The notes beneath the pieces were generated by a model that saw nothing but the letters and a program-made list of their open reading frames with translations, had not been told where the DNA came from and ran no database searches. Positions 1 to 8,708 of a DNA stretch of 64,000 nt are shown piece by piece (positions within the stretch are counted from its first letter, which is position 1; each line of letters begins with the position of its first letter). Both the position numbers and the translations under genes were made by a program. The DNA comes from Nostoc sp. GTDB taxonomy: Bacteria; Cyanobacteriota; Cyanobacteriia; Cyanobacteriales; Nostocaceae. Location of the stretch: the NCBI GenBank assembly GCA_036918135.1, contig JBALDB010000007.1:288001-352000 (forward strand), in the 5' to 3' direction.

Positions 1-1597
1 TGAATTCTGCCTCTAATAGATCCGGTAATGCTTTTTGTAAGAATGCATCAACTTCTAACCCCAAAGCCGTTGGTTGGAGATGCTCCTTTGTCAACTGCAC
101 ATAATCCCGTTTCTTCAAGGTGGCGACGGTGGGAGCGTAGGTACTGGGGCGACCAATACCTTTGCGTTCCATCAATTGCACTAGTTTCGGTTCGCTGTAC
201 CGAGGTGGGGGTTGTGTTTGTTTCTTCTCATGCTGTGCATCTTTTAAGGTGAGTATTTGTCCTTGTTGTAACTGGGGTATTACTGTATCTTTACTGAGAT
301 TATTCCAGTAGCGGGCATAGCCGTAAAATTCAATTACTTGTCCGTTACAAAGCCACAGCAGATTTCCAGATTGAGTAATTACTTGAGTTTTACGGAGTTG
401 GGCTGCACGACATTGAGAAGCAATCGCCCGTTTCCAAATCATTACATAAAGATTGAATTCATCAGCTGGGAGTTCTTCTCGTAACTGGGCTGAAGGACGA
501 AAAATATCTGTTGGGCGGATAGCTTCATGTGCTTCTTGAGCAGATTTAGCACTGCGATGTTTGGCTAAAAATTGTGGTACATTCTGCGGGTCATTTTGCT
601 CCAACCACTGACGCGCAGCAGCACAAAATTCCGGACTTAACATTACCGAATCTGTTCGCATATAGGTAATTAACCCAGCTTCGTAAAGCTTTTGGGCAAC
701 TTGCATCGTTTTATCTGGAGAAAACCTCAGCTTAGAACCGGCTGCTTGTTGCAGGGTAGAGGTGGTGAATGGAGGAGGTGGTTGGCGCTGAACTATTTTT
801 CCTTCAACTTTAATCACCTGATGGGGATGGCGGTGTGCTTCTTCAACTAACCTAGTTGCTTGTGCTTCAGACAGAACACGTTTGCTCTCTGGTACTTGTG
901 TAGTATTTACTGCGGCATCATCATCAGTTTCGGTTTTTTCTGGTGTATCTGAGTCAGAATTCGCCGTCCCTTTATAGAAAGCGCGAAATCCTTCGGCGTA
1001 ATCTACCCAGACACTCCAGTAGTCCTGGGGTACAAATATTTGAATCTCTTTTTCGCGTTGACAAATCAAGTGTAATGTGGCGCTTTGAACTCGGCCGACG
1101 CTTTTTGCTCCATTGTTTAACGCCCAAACTAGAGGACTTCCCTTGTAGCCCACTAACTTATCAAGACAATCGCGGCACAGTCCCGCACCTATTAAGTTTA
1201 AATTTAGTTTTCTGGGTTTGGCGATCGCTTCTCGAACAGCTGATGCTGTAATTTCAGTATAAATTACTCGTTTTGGTTCTTTTAATCCCAGTACTTCCTT
1301 GATATGCCAAGCGATTGTTTCTCCCTCGCGGTCTGGGTCGGTAGCGATGACAACTTCATCAACCTGTTTGAGTGCGGCTTTTAGTTGCTGAATGGTTTCT
1401 TTGGCTCGTTGGTCGCGGGGAATATAATTGCACTTAACTCTACTGTCATCCATACTGAAGCCCAATGAATCTTCACCTTCATCGCTCAGTTCGCGGATAT
1501 GACCACAACTAGCTAGAACTTTCCATTCTGAACCCAGTATTTGACTGAGTTTTTTGACTTTTCCGGGAGATTCGACAACAAGAAGGCGTTTGGGCAT
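1..1597 (-). CDS. topA: Type IA DNA topoisomerase (TopA-like, probable paralog); 3' end runs off the window
   Basis: Not in the ORF track. Manual translation from ATG at 1597: MPKRLLVVESPGKVKK...GHIREL...IATDPDREGETIAWH...SVGRVQS...LITYMRTDS (catalytic Tyr)...AQEAHEAIRPT...GIGRPSTY. The frame stays open to the window edge. Confidence 0.93.
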   Translation of the reverse strand, partial: MPKRLLVVESPGKVKKLSQILGSEWKVLASCGHIRELSDEGEDSLGFSMDDSRVKCNYIPRDQRAKETIQQLKAALKQVDEVVIATDPDREGETIAWHIKEVLGLKEPKRVIYTEITASAVREAIAKPRKLNLNLIGAGLCRDCLDKLVGYKGSPLVWALNNGAKSVGRVQSATLHLICQREKEIQIFVPQDYWSVWVDYAEGFRAFYKGTANSDSDTPEKTETDDDAAVNTTQVPESKRVLSEAQATRLVEEAHRHPHQVIKVEGKIVQRQPPPPFTTSTLQQAAGSKLRFSPDKTMQVAQKLYEAGLITYMRTDSVMLSPEFCAAARQWLEQNDPQNVPQFLAKHRSAKSAQEAHEAIRPTDIFRPSAQLREELPADEFNLYVMIWKRAIASQCRAAQLRKTQVITQSGNLLWLCNGQVIEFYGYARYWNNLSKDTVIPQLQQGQILTLKDAQHEKKQTQPPPRYSEPKLVQLMERKGIGRPSTYAPTVATLKKRDYVQLTKEHLQPTALGLEVDAFLQKALPDLLEAEF

Positions 1598-1666
1598 AGC
1601 ACCTGTGCTGAATAGTGCTTTATATTTGGACGAGCGATCGCATTAAACAATTGTATAGTTCATTTT

Positions 1667-1680
1667 AGTATAAAAGTACT
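1667..1680. promoter_or_regulatory. Possible LexA (SOS) box upstream of the topA paralog
   Basis: AGTATAAAAGTACT, one mismatch to the cyanobacterial RGTAC-N3-DGTWCB consensus, 70 bp upstream of the start codon. Confidence 0.4.
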
Positions 1681-1799
1681 ATGATAATTAGTTTTAATAA
1701 TTTACAAAGCACATTTAGTTTAGAAACTGACAAATAAAAAAATATCTCACTGTTGACATTCAACACTTATCAGTCAACAATCATCAACTTCAAACAAAA

Positions 1800-1929
1800 T
1801 AAGTAGATAGACATGATTAAATCTAAGATGTCATTGCCAGCGAAGCGAAGCAATCGCAAAGTCTCTGGGATTGCTTCGCTTCGCTCGTAATGACAGAAGA
1901 TATTATATTTATTTATATCCATCAACTTA
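1800..1929. mobile_element. MITE-like element (TAAGTAG...CTACTTA-type ends) with an internal REP-like palindrome
   Basis: About 22-bp imperfect terminal inverted repeats (aagtagatagacatgattaaat / atttatttatatccatcaactt) and an internal hairpin gtcattgccagcgaagcgaagcaatc...gattgcttcgcttcgctcgtaatgac. Confidence 0.7.
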
Positions 1930-1965
1930 ATTTATTTCTTGGAGTTACCTTAATATCTAAGATTA

Positions 1966-2355
1966 TCAATCAGCAGCAGCATAATCAGGCAATGCTATCA
2001 GTTCAGAACTCACAGCATTGAGATAATTTTGGTCGTCCAAAACTTGTGGTTGCAATTTCTTTGCATTTACCGCAGCTGTAACCAAATCTTTTGCCAGAAT
2101 TTTGCTACTAAGAGTTTTAAGTACTAGTGTTCCACCACTCGGAATCCCATCTTGCAAAAGACCCCCTTGGTAAGCATAAGAAACAAGGTCGAATGGTTCC
2201 AAGTAATTAATGCTACTAGAATTACTGGATAATTTGTTCGAGTTCATGACTATTGGTTGATTATTAGTTGTAACTATTTGTGCGTTACTAATTGCAGGCG
2301 TAAGAGTAATTGCAGCAAGAGCTACCAAAGAATCTATCAAAATAGAAAATTTCAT
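1966..2355 (-). CDS. Secreted hypothetical protein
   Basis: 129 aa with a signal-peptide-like N-terminus and an EPFDLVSYAYQG..GIPSG motif. Confidence 0.75.
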   Translation of the reverse strand: MKFSILIDSLVALAAITLTPAISNAQIVTTNNQPIVMNSNKLSSNSSSINYLEPFDLVSYAYQGGLLQDGIPSGGTLVLKTLSSKILAKDLVTAAVNAKKLQPQVLDDQNYLNAVSSELIALPDYAAAD

Positions 2356-2525
2356 AAGGTAATCCTAAATTCAAGTAAAACGTTATTAGTTTTAGTAAGT
2401 TTTAGTAGTCTAAAAATAAAAAGGGGAGAATTAGGGTAAAAAAATAAATATTCTTCTGTCTTGAGTGGGCAGCGTGTTACGGAGGATTTTGCAAGAGGTC
2501 TATTAATCCGAAACGAAGATGTTGC

Positions 2526-2559
2526 AAAAAAGCCCGGTTACTCTAATAACCAGGCTTTT
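2526..2559 (-). terminator. Rho-independent terminator of hspA
   Basis: Stem aaaagcccggtta...taaccaggctttt followed by a T-run on the minus strand, just after the hspA stop. Confidence 0.7.
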
Positions 2560-2607
2560 AGCTATTTTAATTAATCAAAGAAGGTAGACTAATTGGCTAA
2601 CGACCAA

Positions 2608-3060
2608 TTAAGCAGTAGGTTGTTCTAAATTAACTTTGACAACTTTGTTCCTTTCTTTATCGGCTTTAGGCAGCGTCAGATTCAAAATACCGTCTTTGTA
2701 TTCAGCAGTCACTTTAGTATTTTCAACCCTAGCGGATAGAGGAATTATACGTTTAAATTGACCGTAGTAAAATTCGCTCTTAACAGCACCTTTTTGTTCG
2801 GTTTTAGTTTCAGATTTACGTTCACCGCTAATGTGGACAGCATCTTCAGTGACTTGAATATCCAAGTCTTTAGCTGACATTCCCGGTAGTTCTAGCTTTA
2901 GATGAATAGTATCTTCAGTTTCTTGCAGTTCTGCGGCCGGAACTCTAACTAAGTTCCTTTCAAAGGAACCAGATGGTGCTATAGTCTCTTCAAACAAGTT
3001 ATTAATTTGACGTTGGAGAGTGTCAATTTCTCTCCAAGGATTCCAACGAACTAGTGTCAT
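2608..3060 (-). CDS. hspA: Small heat shock protein Hsp20/alpha-crystallin
   Basis: MTLVRWNPWREID, LELPG, SEFYYGQFKRII, AEYKDGILNLTLPK motifs. Confidence 0.95.
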   Translation of the reverse strand: MTLVRWNPWREIDTLQRQINNLFEETIAPSGSFERNLVRVPAAELQETEDTIHLKLELPGMSAKDLDIQVTEDAVHISGERKSETKTEQKGAVKSEFYYGQFKRIIPLSARVENTKVTAEYKDGILNLTLPKADKERNKVVKVNLEQPTA

Positions 3061-3155
3061 AACTCTTCCTCAGATTAATTAGCTATCTGTTTAATTGTTT
3101 TTGCACTTGGCTTTGTGCTTACTTTTAATATTATGTCTTGTTTAAAATGCTGTAA

Positions 3156-3253
3156 ATTCGGTTATTCTCACCTAATAAATCAGGATTACCGCACCAAATT
3201 AAGTAGGAAAAAACATTACGGTTTACTTTAATTTTCAGTTCGGTAAACCGAAA
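3156..3253. promoter_or_regulatory. K-box-like heat/stress elements upstream of hspA
   Basis: GTTCGGTAAACCGAAA at 3238-3253 (palindrome TTCGGT-AA-ACCGAA) resembles the chaperone K-box GTTCGG-NNAN-CCNNAC. Weaker copies lie at about 3156 and 3180. Confidence 0.55.
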
Positions 3254-3546
3254 GCAAGGAACTCTTGTCAAAGTTGCTACAGCTAGTGGTGAGAGTAAAA
3301 CCCATACAGTCGGATTAAGTTGACATTAATAGATGTATTGGATAGTCTACAACCGCATACCCAAATAGAAGAGTGTAAGCTTAGCCCTCCCTTGAACATT
3401 GCCTTTTGGCTGGCGCTAGCTTATAACATTCATGAAGAAAAGGGTTCGGTAATAAATTATTTACTGTTCTATGAAATTAACCTTGTTAAGTTACTCAGCA
3501 GGTGCAGTTATCACCTGATATTGTGACATGCAACAGGAGTATAGAA

Positions 3547-4284
3547 ATGTTGCTCAGGCTTTCTTCAGAATCTCCTCTATTTATTCTCTTAATCATTATT
3601 AGTTTTCTAGTAATCACTTTGTCAACTTGGTTATCATCTCAACCATTTGCTTTTAAACCATTTGGGTTGAACGATATTATCCAAATACTGACAATACCAT
3701 TATTTATATCTTTGTTATTAGAGCGGTCTTTAGAAGTTTTTATAACTACTTGGCGTAGCCCATTTGTAGAAAACTTAGATATTGAAATTCAGCGCCAAAA
3801 ACTTCTCATTGATGAAAAGCTCAAACTAGCAAAAGAACAAAAGCAACCAAGTACAAGCTCTGATTTATCATCTAATGTAACTAGTATTTTACCACCGGAA
3901 GGAATGAGTTTAGAACAGCAAATTATTCAAAATTTTATTCAAAGCCAAGAACAAGTATTATTAGTAATTCAACCAGAACTTGATGATTTAAATACCAAAG
4001 AACGCCAAAGAGCAGCTTATAAGGCTGATACACGAACAATTGCTCTGTGGACATCACTTGTATTCGGTCTTTTAATTAGTGCAATCGGTATTCGTTCAAT
4101 CGAACCATTGGTAGTTCTTGATTTAAATAATCAAACCCAAGTAGTTATTTTCCGTTCTTTGGATGCCTTATTAACAGGAGGTTTAATTGCCGGAGGTAGT
4201 GAGGGAATTCATCAGATTATCCAGGTTTTTATCAACTTTATGGAAGCTACATCTAAACAAATTAAAGACAAGGGATTGTCATAA
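3547..4284 (+). CDS. Hypothetical multi-pass membrane protein with a coiled-coil loop (holin-like C-terminal motif)
   Basis: AGGAG RBS before ATG 3547, about 4 hydrophobic segments, LLERSLEVF and DALLTGGLIAGGSEGIH motifs. Confidence 0.75.
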   Translation: MLLRLSSESPLFILLIIISFLVITLSTWLSSQPFAFKPFGLNDIIQILTIPLFISLLLERSLEVFITTWRSPFVENLDIEIQRQKLLIDEKLKLAKEQKQPSTSSDLSSNVTSILPPEGMSLEQQIIQNFIQSQEQVLLVIQPELDDLNTKERQRAAYKADTRTIALWTSLVFGLLISAIGIRSIEPLVVLDLNNQTQVVIFRSLDALLTGGLIAGGSEGIHQIIQVFINFMEATSKQIKDKGLS

Positions 4285-4480
4285 AAGGGACTGGGGTAGA
4301 TAAAATGCGATCGCCTAATTTTAGCTTTAGAGTCAGATTTAAGGAAAAGCAGTTTTTCGGATGCTACGCCAATTCATTAAGCTGACGCTCTAAAATACAA
4401 TTATTTGTGGATTCTCCTGAGCCGATATAGAGTTTGTCTAAGGCAAACTAGCTCTATAACCCTCTGATAGGAGTCAACTT

Positions 4481-4876
4481 ATGGTTCGTAAAAGACAAAT
4501 ATCTCGCGTTCTCGAAAAAGCTGAGTTAAGAGCCGCTGGATTGCAAAAAATCGATCCAAATTTAGATTTAGGGAATGGTATCAGTTTAAAAAACTTCACA
4601 GAACAAATTGAGAAGTTACGCAGTGAAATTGATGCCTATAACAAAGCTTTAGAGCTGATTGAAACTTTACAAGTTGAAATTAAAGAATTAGAAAAAGAAT
4701 TGAATAGTATCAGCGGGAGAATGCTGCTAGGAGTTGCTGTTAAGTACGGTAAAGACAGCTGCGAATATATGATGGCGGGTGGTGTTCGTACAAGCGATCG
4801 CATCCGTAAAAGCAGGAAAACTCGTTTGAAACGAATTGCACAGAAAAAATCAGCACAGAGTAATCAAACCGTTTAG
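4481..4876 (+). CDS. Conserved basic coiled-coil hypothetical protein
   Basis: 131 aa with AGGAG RBS. SRVLEKAELRAAGL...KYGKDSxEYxMAGGVRxSDR resembles a multi-copy cyanobacterial family of unknown function. Confidence 0.85.
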   Translation: MVRKRQISRVLEKAELRAAGLQKIDPNLDLGNGISLKNFTEQIEKLRSEIDAYNKALELIETLQVEIKELEKELNSISGRMLLGVAVKYGKDSCEYMMAGGVRTSDRIRKSRKTRLKRIAQKKSAQSNQTV

Positions 4877-4903
4877 TATCATTATATTGTTTTAAGCAAT
4901 TTC

Positions 4904-4939
4904 TAGGGGTGTATAGCTATACACCCCTATATTTTTTTG
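4904..4939 (+). terminator. Palindrome/terminator after the 4481 gene
   Basis: Perfect 26-bp palindrome TAGGGGTGTATAGCTATACACCCCTA followed by a T-run. Confidence 0.7.
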
Positions 4940-4988
4940 TAAAATACAATACATCAACTTAAGTTTAGTAGCAAAGGAACCAAAAAGT

Positions 4989-5726
4989 ATGACCGTTTAT
5001 AGTCCTCAAGTAATCCGTCATATATTGATTGGACTGGGATATTTAGCTCCTGAAATCGATCCGAATCCCGATCCTCAATTTGCTCCTTGGAAGCGGAATA
5101 ATAACTCCTTAACAGACGATCCTACGGAAGAAGCGATTAAAAAGTTTCAAAAACAATATCCACAAAAACTTGTGGTTAATGGTAACGCTGATGTTGAAAC
5201 TAGAGAAGTGATGGAGGATATAATCAAAGGGCTTCAGAATAGATTGAAGTTTCACGGTTTTGCAACCAATGCTGAAATTCCTTCAGATCAGCCTTTTTAT
5301 GGCCCAGCTACTTATAAAGCTGTGAAAAAATTTCAGAAATCTCAAGGTCTAACTGAAAACGGTATTGCCAATATTGAACAGCGTCAAATTCTACAGCAAC
5401 CGACTCTGACACCAAATAAACCCCAACCTCCGACGCAACTCAAGCTGAGAGATTTATGGTTGCAATTCAAAAAGAATCCGCAAAATCCTTCTTATATTGC
5501 AGCGCTAAATAACTTACAACAAAATCTACCCAAGGATATTTTGCAGAAAGTTACTAATAAATGGAGGGGAACAAACGACCAAAACCCCGAACTTGTTAAG
5601 CTGACAAATGTGTTCACTTATTATGATGACAACAATCCAAACCAGCGCGATGCACTAGATTACTTACAAAGTCAGATAACACCAGCCATCTATAAAGAAT
5701 TTATTGCTCTCTGGAATAAGAAGTAA
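4989..5726 (+). CDS. Peptidoglycan-binding protein (2x PG_binding_1 plus a duplicated C-terminal helical module)
   Basis: TEEAIKKFQK..L.VNG.A and YGPATYKAVKKFQKSQGL..NGIA motifs, then a Pro-rich linker and two similar AL..LQ....W segments. Confidence 0.8.
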   Translation: MTVYSPQVIRHILIGLGYLAPEIDPNPDPQFAPWKRNNNSLTDDPTEEAIKKFQKQYPQKLVVNGNADVETREVMEDIIKGLQNRLKFHGFATNAEIPSDQPFYGPATYKAVKKFQKSQGLTENGIANIEQRQILQQPTLTPNKPQPPTQLKLRDLWLQFKKNPQNPSYIAALNNLQQNLPKDILQKVTNKWRGTNDQNPELVKLTNVFTYYDDNNPNQRDALDYLQSQITPAIYKEFIALWNKK

Positions 5727-5727
5727 A

Positions 5728-5769
5728 TAATATGGTGCGTTATAGCTTTAGTTATAACGCACCATATTA
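5728..5769. terminator. Inverted repeat (REP-like/terminator)
   Basis: taatatggtgcgttata-N8-tataacgcaccatatta, a perfect 17-bp stem right after the stop codon. Confidence 0.6.
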
Positions 5770-5811
5770 TATTGATAAATTAACTGTAAAATAGATAAGA
5801 TTTAGGTATCC

Positions 5812-7035
5812 ATGAAAAATGCGATCGCTCATCAAACCGCATTCTTATTTATCTGCTCTCTGCTACTGATAGCCTGTGGCAAAACTGGCAATCCTCATCA
5901 AAATTCTACAAATAATCCCACAACAAATACATCTGATGTTATTCCCATTGGCATCGCTTTTGCCCAAACAAGTAATGTGGCATTACTTGGTCAAGAGGGA
6001 ACTGATGGAGTAAAAATTGCCCAAAAGTATTTTAATGACAAAGGAGGCATCAATGGGAAATCAATTAAATTAGTATTTCAAGATACTGGAGGCGACGAAG
6101 CTGGAGCTATTAATGCTTTTCAAACTTTAATTAATCAAGATAAAGTCGTGGGCATAATTGGCCCTACCCTATCACAACAAGCTTTTAGTGCCGACCCTGT
6201 AGCAGAACGTAATAAACTCCCAGTTCTAGGAGCATCAAATACTGCAAATGGGATTCCGGAAATTGGTGATTATGTTGCTCGTGTTTCTTCATCTGTCGCT
6301 GTGGTTGCTCCTTATTCTGTGAAAGCTGCACTCCAGCAAAATCCTCAAATTAAAAGAGTAGCCGTATTCTACGCTCAAAATGATGCTTTCAATAAATCAG
6401 AAACAGAAATTTTTCAGAAAACAGTTAAAGATTTAGGATTGAATTTAGTCACAGTCCAAAAATTTCAAACTACAGATACCGACTTTCAAGCTCAAGCCAG
6501 CGATGCTATTAATTTAAAACCTGATTTGGCGATTATATCCGGGTTAGCTGTAGATGGAGGTAATTTAGTTAAACAATTACGAGAACTTGGTTATAAAGGA
6601 TTAATTATTGGTGGCAATGGTTTTAATACATCGCATATATTTTCTGTGTGCAGAGCATTTTGTGAAGGTGTGATTGTTGCTCAAGCTTATAGTCCTGTAT
6701 ATCCTAGTGAAATTAATACGGCATTTCGCAAAGCTTACCTTGAACAATATCAAAGAGAACCACCCCAAGTTAGCGCTCAAGCTTTTGCAGCGATGCAGGT
6801 ATATGTAGAAGCTCTGCAATCTTTAGATAAAAAAAGCAAAATTAACAAATTAAGTCTGACACAGTTGCGTACACAATTGAATCAAGAATTATTAAAAGGA
6901 ACATATCAAACTCCTCTGGGTGAAATTGCTTTTACACCAGCGGGTGATGTGATTCAAAAAGAGTTTTATGTTGCCCAATTGAAGATGGAGCCAAACGGTG
7001 TTAAGGGTAAATTTTCATTTTTAAATATCAAATAA
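5812..7035 (+). CDS. Branched-chain amino acid ABC transporter substrate-binding lipoprotein (orphan)
   Basis: Lipobox LIAC, GGING..IKL..D, IIGPTLSQQA and TDFQAQ LivJ/K-type motifs. Confidence 0.9.
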   Translation: MKNAIAHQTAFLFICSLLLIACGKTGNPHQNSTNNPTTNTSDVIPIGIAFAQTSNVALLGQEGTDGVKIAQKYFNDKGGINGKSIKLVFQDTGGDEAGAINAFQTLINQDKVVGIIGPTLSQQAFSADPVAERNKLPVLGASNTANGIPEIGDYVARVSSSVAVVAPYSVKAALQQNPQIKRVAVFYAQNDAFNKSETEIFQKTVKDLGLNLVTVQKFQTTDTDFQAQASDAINLKPDLAIISGLAVDGGNLVKQLRELGYKGLIIGGNGFNTSHIFSVCRAFCEGVIVAQAYSPVYPSEINTAFRKAYLEQYQREPPQVSAQAFAAMQVYVEALQSLDKKSKINKLSLTQLRTQLNQELLKGTYQTPLGEIAFTPAGDVIQKEFYVAQLKMEPNGVKGKFSFLNIK

Positions 7036-7141
7036 ACATCTTGCTTGCTTGTAATCATGGGCAGACGAGACGCCCACCCCACAACATTAGATGATTTATT
7101 TCTTGGAAATTTCTCAAATGCAATCATCAACTAGCAAAGCA

Positions 7142-8518
7142 TCAAACAGTCTGTAAAACCGCAGATTTCAGCTGACGTTGACTCGTGACAACCATCTCAA
7201 TGGGACGGTCTGGGCCTGTTACTAAACCACGGCGTTTGGGTCGCACTTCACGATTATTAACTAACTTTAATTCTCGGCTGGTAAGAATTTTGGCAAGTGC
7301 TAACTTCATTTCCAATTGAGCAAATGCTAGACCAATACAGCGCCTTGCACCACCACCAAAGGGCAAATATTCATAAGCAGAAAATTGACGTTCTAAAAAA
7401 CGTTCTGGCTTAAATTGCTGAGGTTGTGGGTAAATGTCTTCCCGGTGGTGGGTTAAATAAATCGAACCAAGGATGATTGTATCGGGTTCGAGTTTGTAAT
7501 TGCCCAGCGAGAAAGGTGTTCTGACTACTCTAGGAAAGGTGAGTATACCGACTGGGTAAATCCGTAATGTTTCGCAGCAAACGGCGTTGAGATAAGGTAA
7601 TTTAAAAATGGTACTGGGGTCTGGGTTATTGTCTAAGCTATCTAATTCTTGGAGTAGCTTTTGACGTACTGATGGTAGTTTGTGAATCCAGTAGAATGCC
7701 CATGCTAAGGCTGTAGCTGTGGTTTCGTGACCGGCGACTAACAAAGTCATCAATTCATCGCGCAACTCTTCATCGGTCATGGGTTGACCAGTTTCATCTC
7801 TAGCAGCCATGAGTAAGCTGAGAATATCTGTGCGTGATGAATCTGGTTGTTTTCGACGTTCTCGAATTTCCTCGTAGATGAGTTGGTCGGCTTCCTGCTG
7901 ACGGCGCAGTTGTTTTCCCCAAAAGTTAATCGGGCCAAAATCTCTTTGCAAAGCAGGGAAATAAAGCAAAGCCACAATTAATCGAGAACTGCCTTTTTCT
8001 AAAAGATCCCCTAAAAAGTGCTGTAGTTTTTCGGCGCGAGTTCCTTCATGTAACCCAAACACAGCTTGCATAATTACTCGCAGGGTAATGGCTTGGGTAA
8101 CAGACCGAATATTAAAAGGTTTACCTATTGGGTATTGGCTGATAACTTGCTCGGTGACATCAGTAATCACCTGGCTATAGTTTCGCATTCTTTCGCCGTG
8201 AAAAGGAGGCATTAGCAACTGGCGTTGGCGTTGGTGTTCTGCGCCGCTGATAGTAATTACAGAATGCTTACCTACCAAAGATTCAAATATCTGATTTAGA
8301 TCGCCAGGCGCTTCCAATTCCTTGGTATCATTTGTCAAAATTTGCTGTTGCGCTTGGGGGTTGCTGACAATTACTATAGGAGGCAGATTTTTGTCTAATC
8401 TGAGAGTAAAAATCTCTCCATACCTTTTGGCGCAAGCTTCCATAAATGACATCGGATTAGCTATCCAGCGTACCATCTGTGAAATTGCTGGGATTTGCGG
8501 CCCATTTGGTAACTTCAT
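7142..8518 (-). CDS. Cytochrome P450 (CYP110-like)
   Basis: AGHETT, ETLR, PERF and heme-ligand PFGGGARRCIG motifs. Confidence 0.95.
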   Translation of the reverse strand: MKLPNGPQIPAISQMVRWIANPMSFMEACAKRYGEIFTLRLDKNLPPIVIVSNPQAQQQILTNDTKELEAPGDLNQIFESLVGKHSVITISGAEHQRQRQLLMPPFHGERMRNYSQVITDVTEQVISQYPIGKPFNIRSVTQAITLRVIMQAVFGLHEGTRAEKLQHFLGDLLEKGSSRLIVALLYFPALQRDFGPINFWGKQLRRQQEADQLIYEEIRERRKQPDSSRTDILSLLMAARDETGQPMTDEELRDELMTLLVAGHETTATALAWAFYWIHKLPSVRQKLLQELDSLDNNPDPSTIFKLPYLNAVCCETLRIYPVGILTFPRVVRTPFSLGNYKLEPDTIILGSIYLTHHREDIYPQPQQFKPERFLERQFSAYEYLPFGGGARRCIGLAFAQLEMKLALAKILTSRELKLVNNREVRPKRRGLVTGPDRPIEMVVTSQRQLKSAVLQTV

Positions 8519-8708
8519 AAAATTTTTTTACTACTTAAATATGTTTTATAGTACTTAAACTAACTTAAATTTTGGTTAGCGAACCATTTAAAGTACTTAT
8601 CCTGACGTTGCCAAAAAGCAATAAACTGTTACAACATCAAAGATGTAGAATTTTTATTGAATTCAACGAGCATCTACAGTTTCATTTCATCGTCATAAGG
8701 TACTCAGC

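Noticed and set aside
1..1597. topA as a pseudogene (absent from the ORF track)
   Set aside because: Manual translation shows an open frame. It is missing from the track only because the stop lies outside the window.
2483..2502. IS/MITE terminal repeat (ttttgcaagaggtcta)
   Set aside because: Only one end is visible and there is no transposase; too little to call an element.
5733..5764. dif/XerC-like site (GGTGCGTTATA arms)
   Set aside because: It is symmetric with an 8-bp spacer and no XerD-like arm. Its position right after a stop codon fits a REP/terminator.
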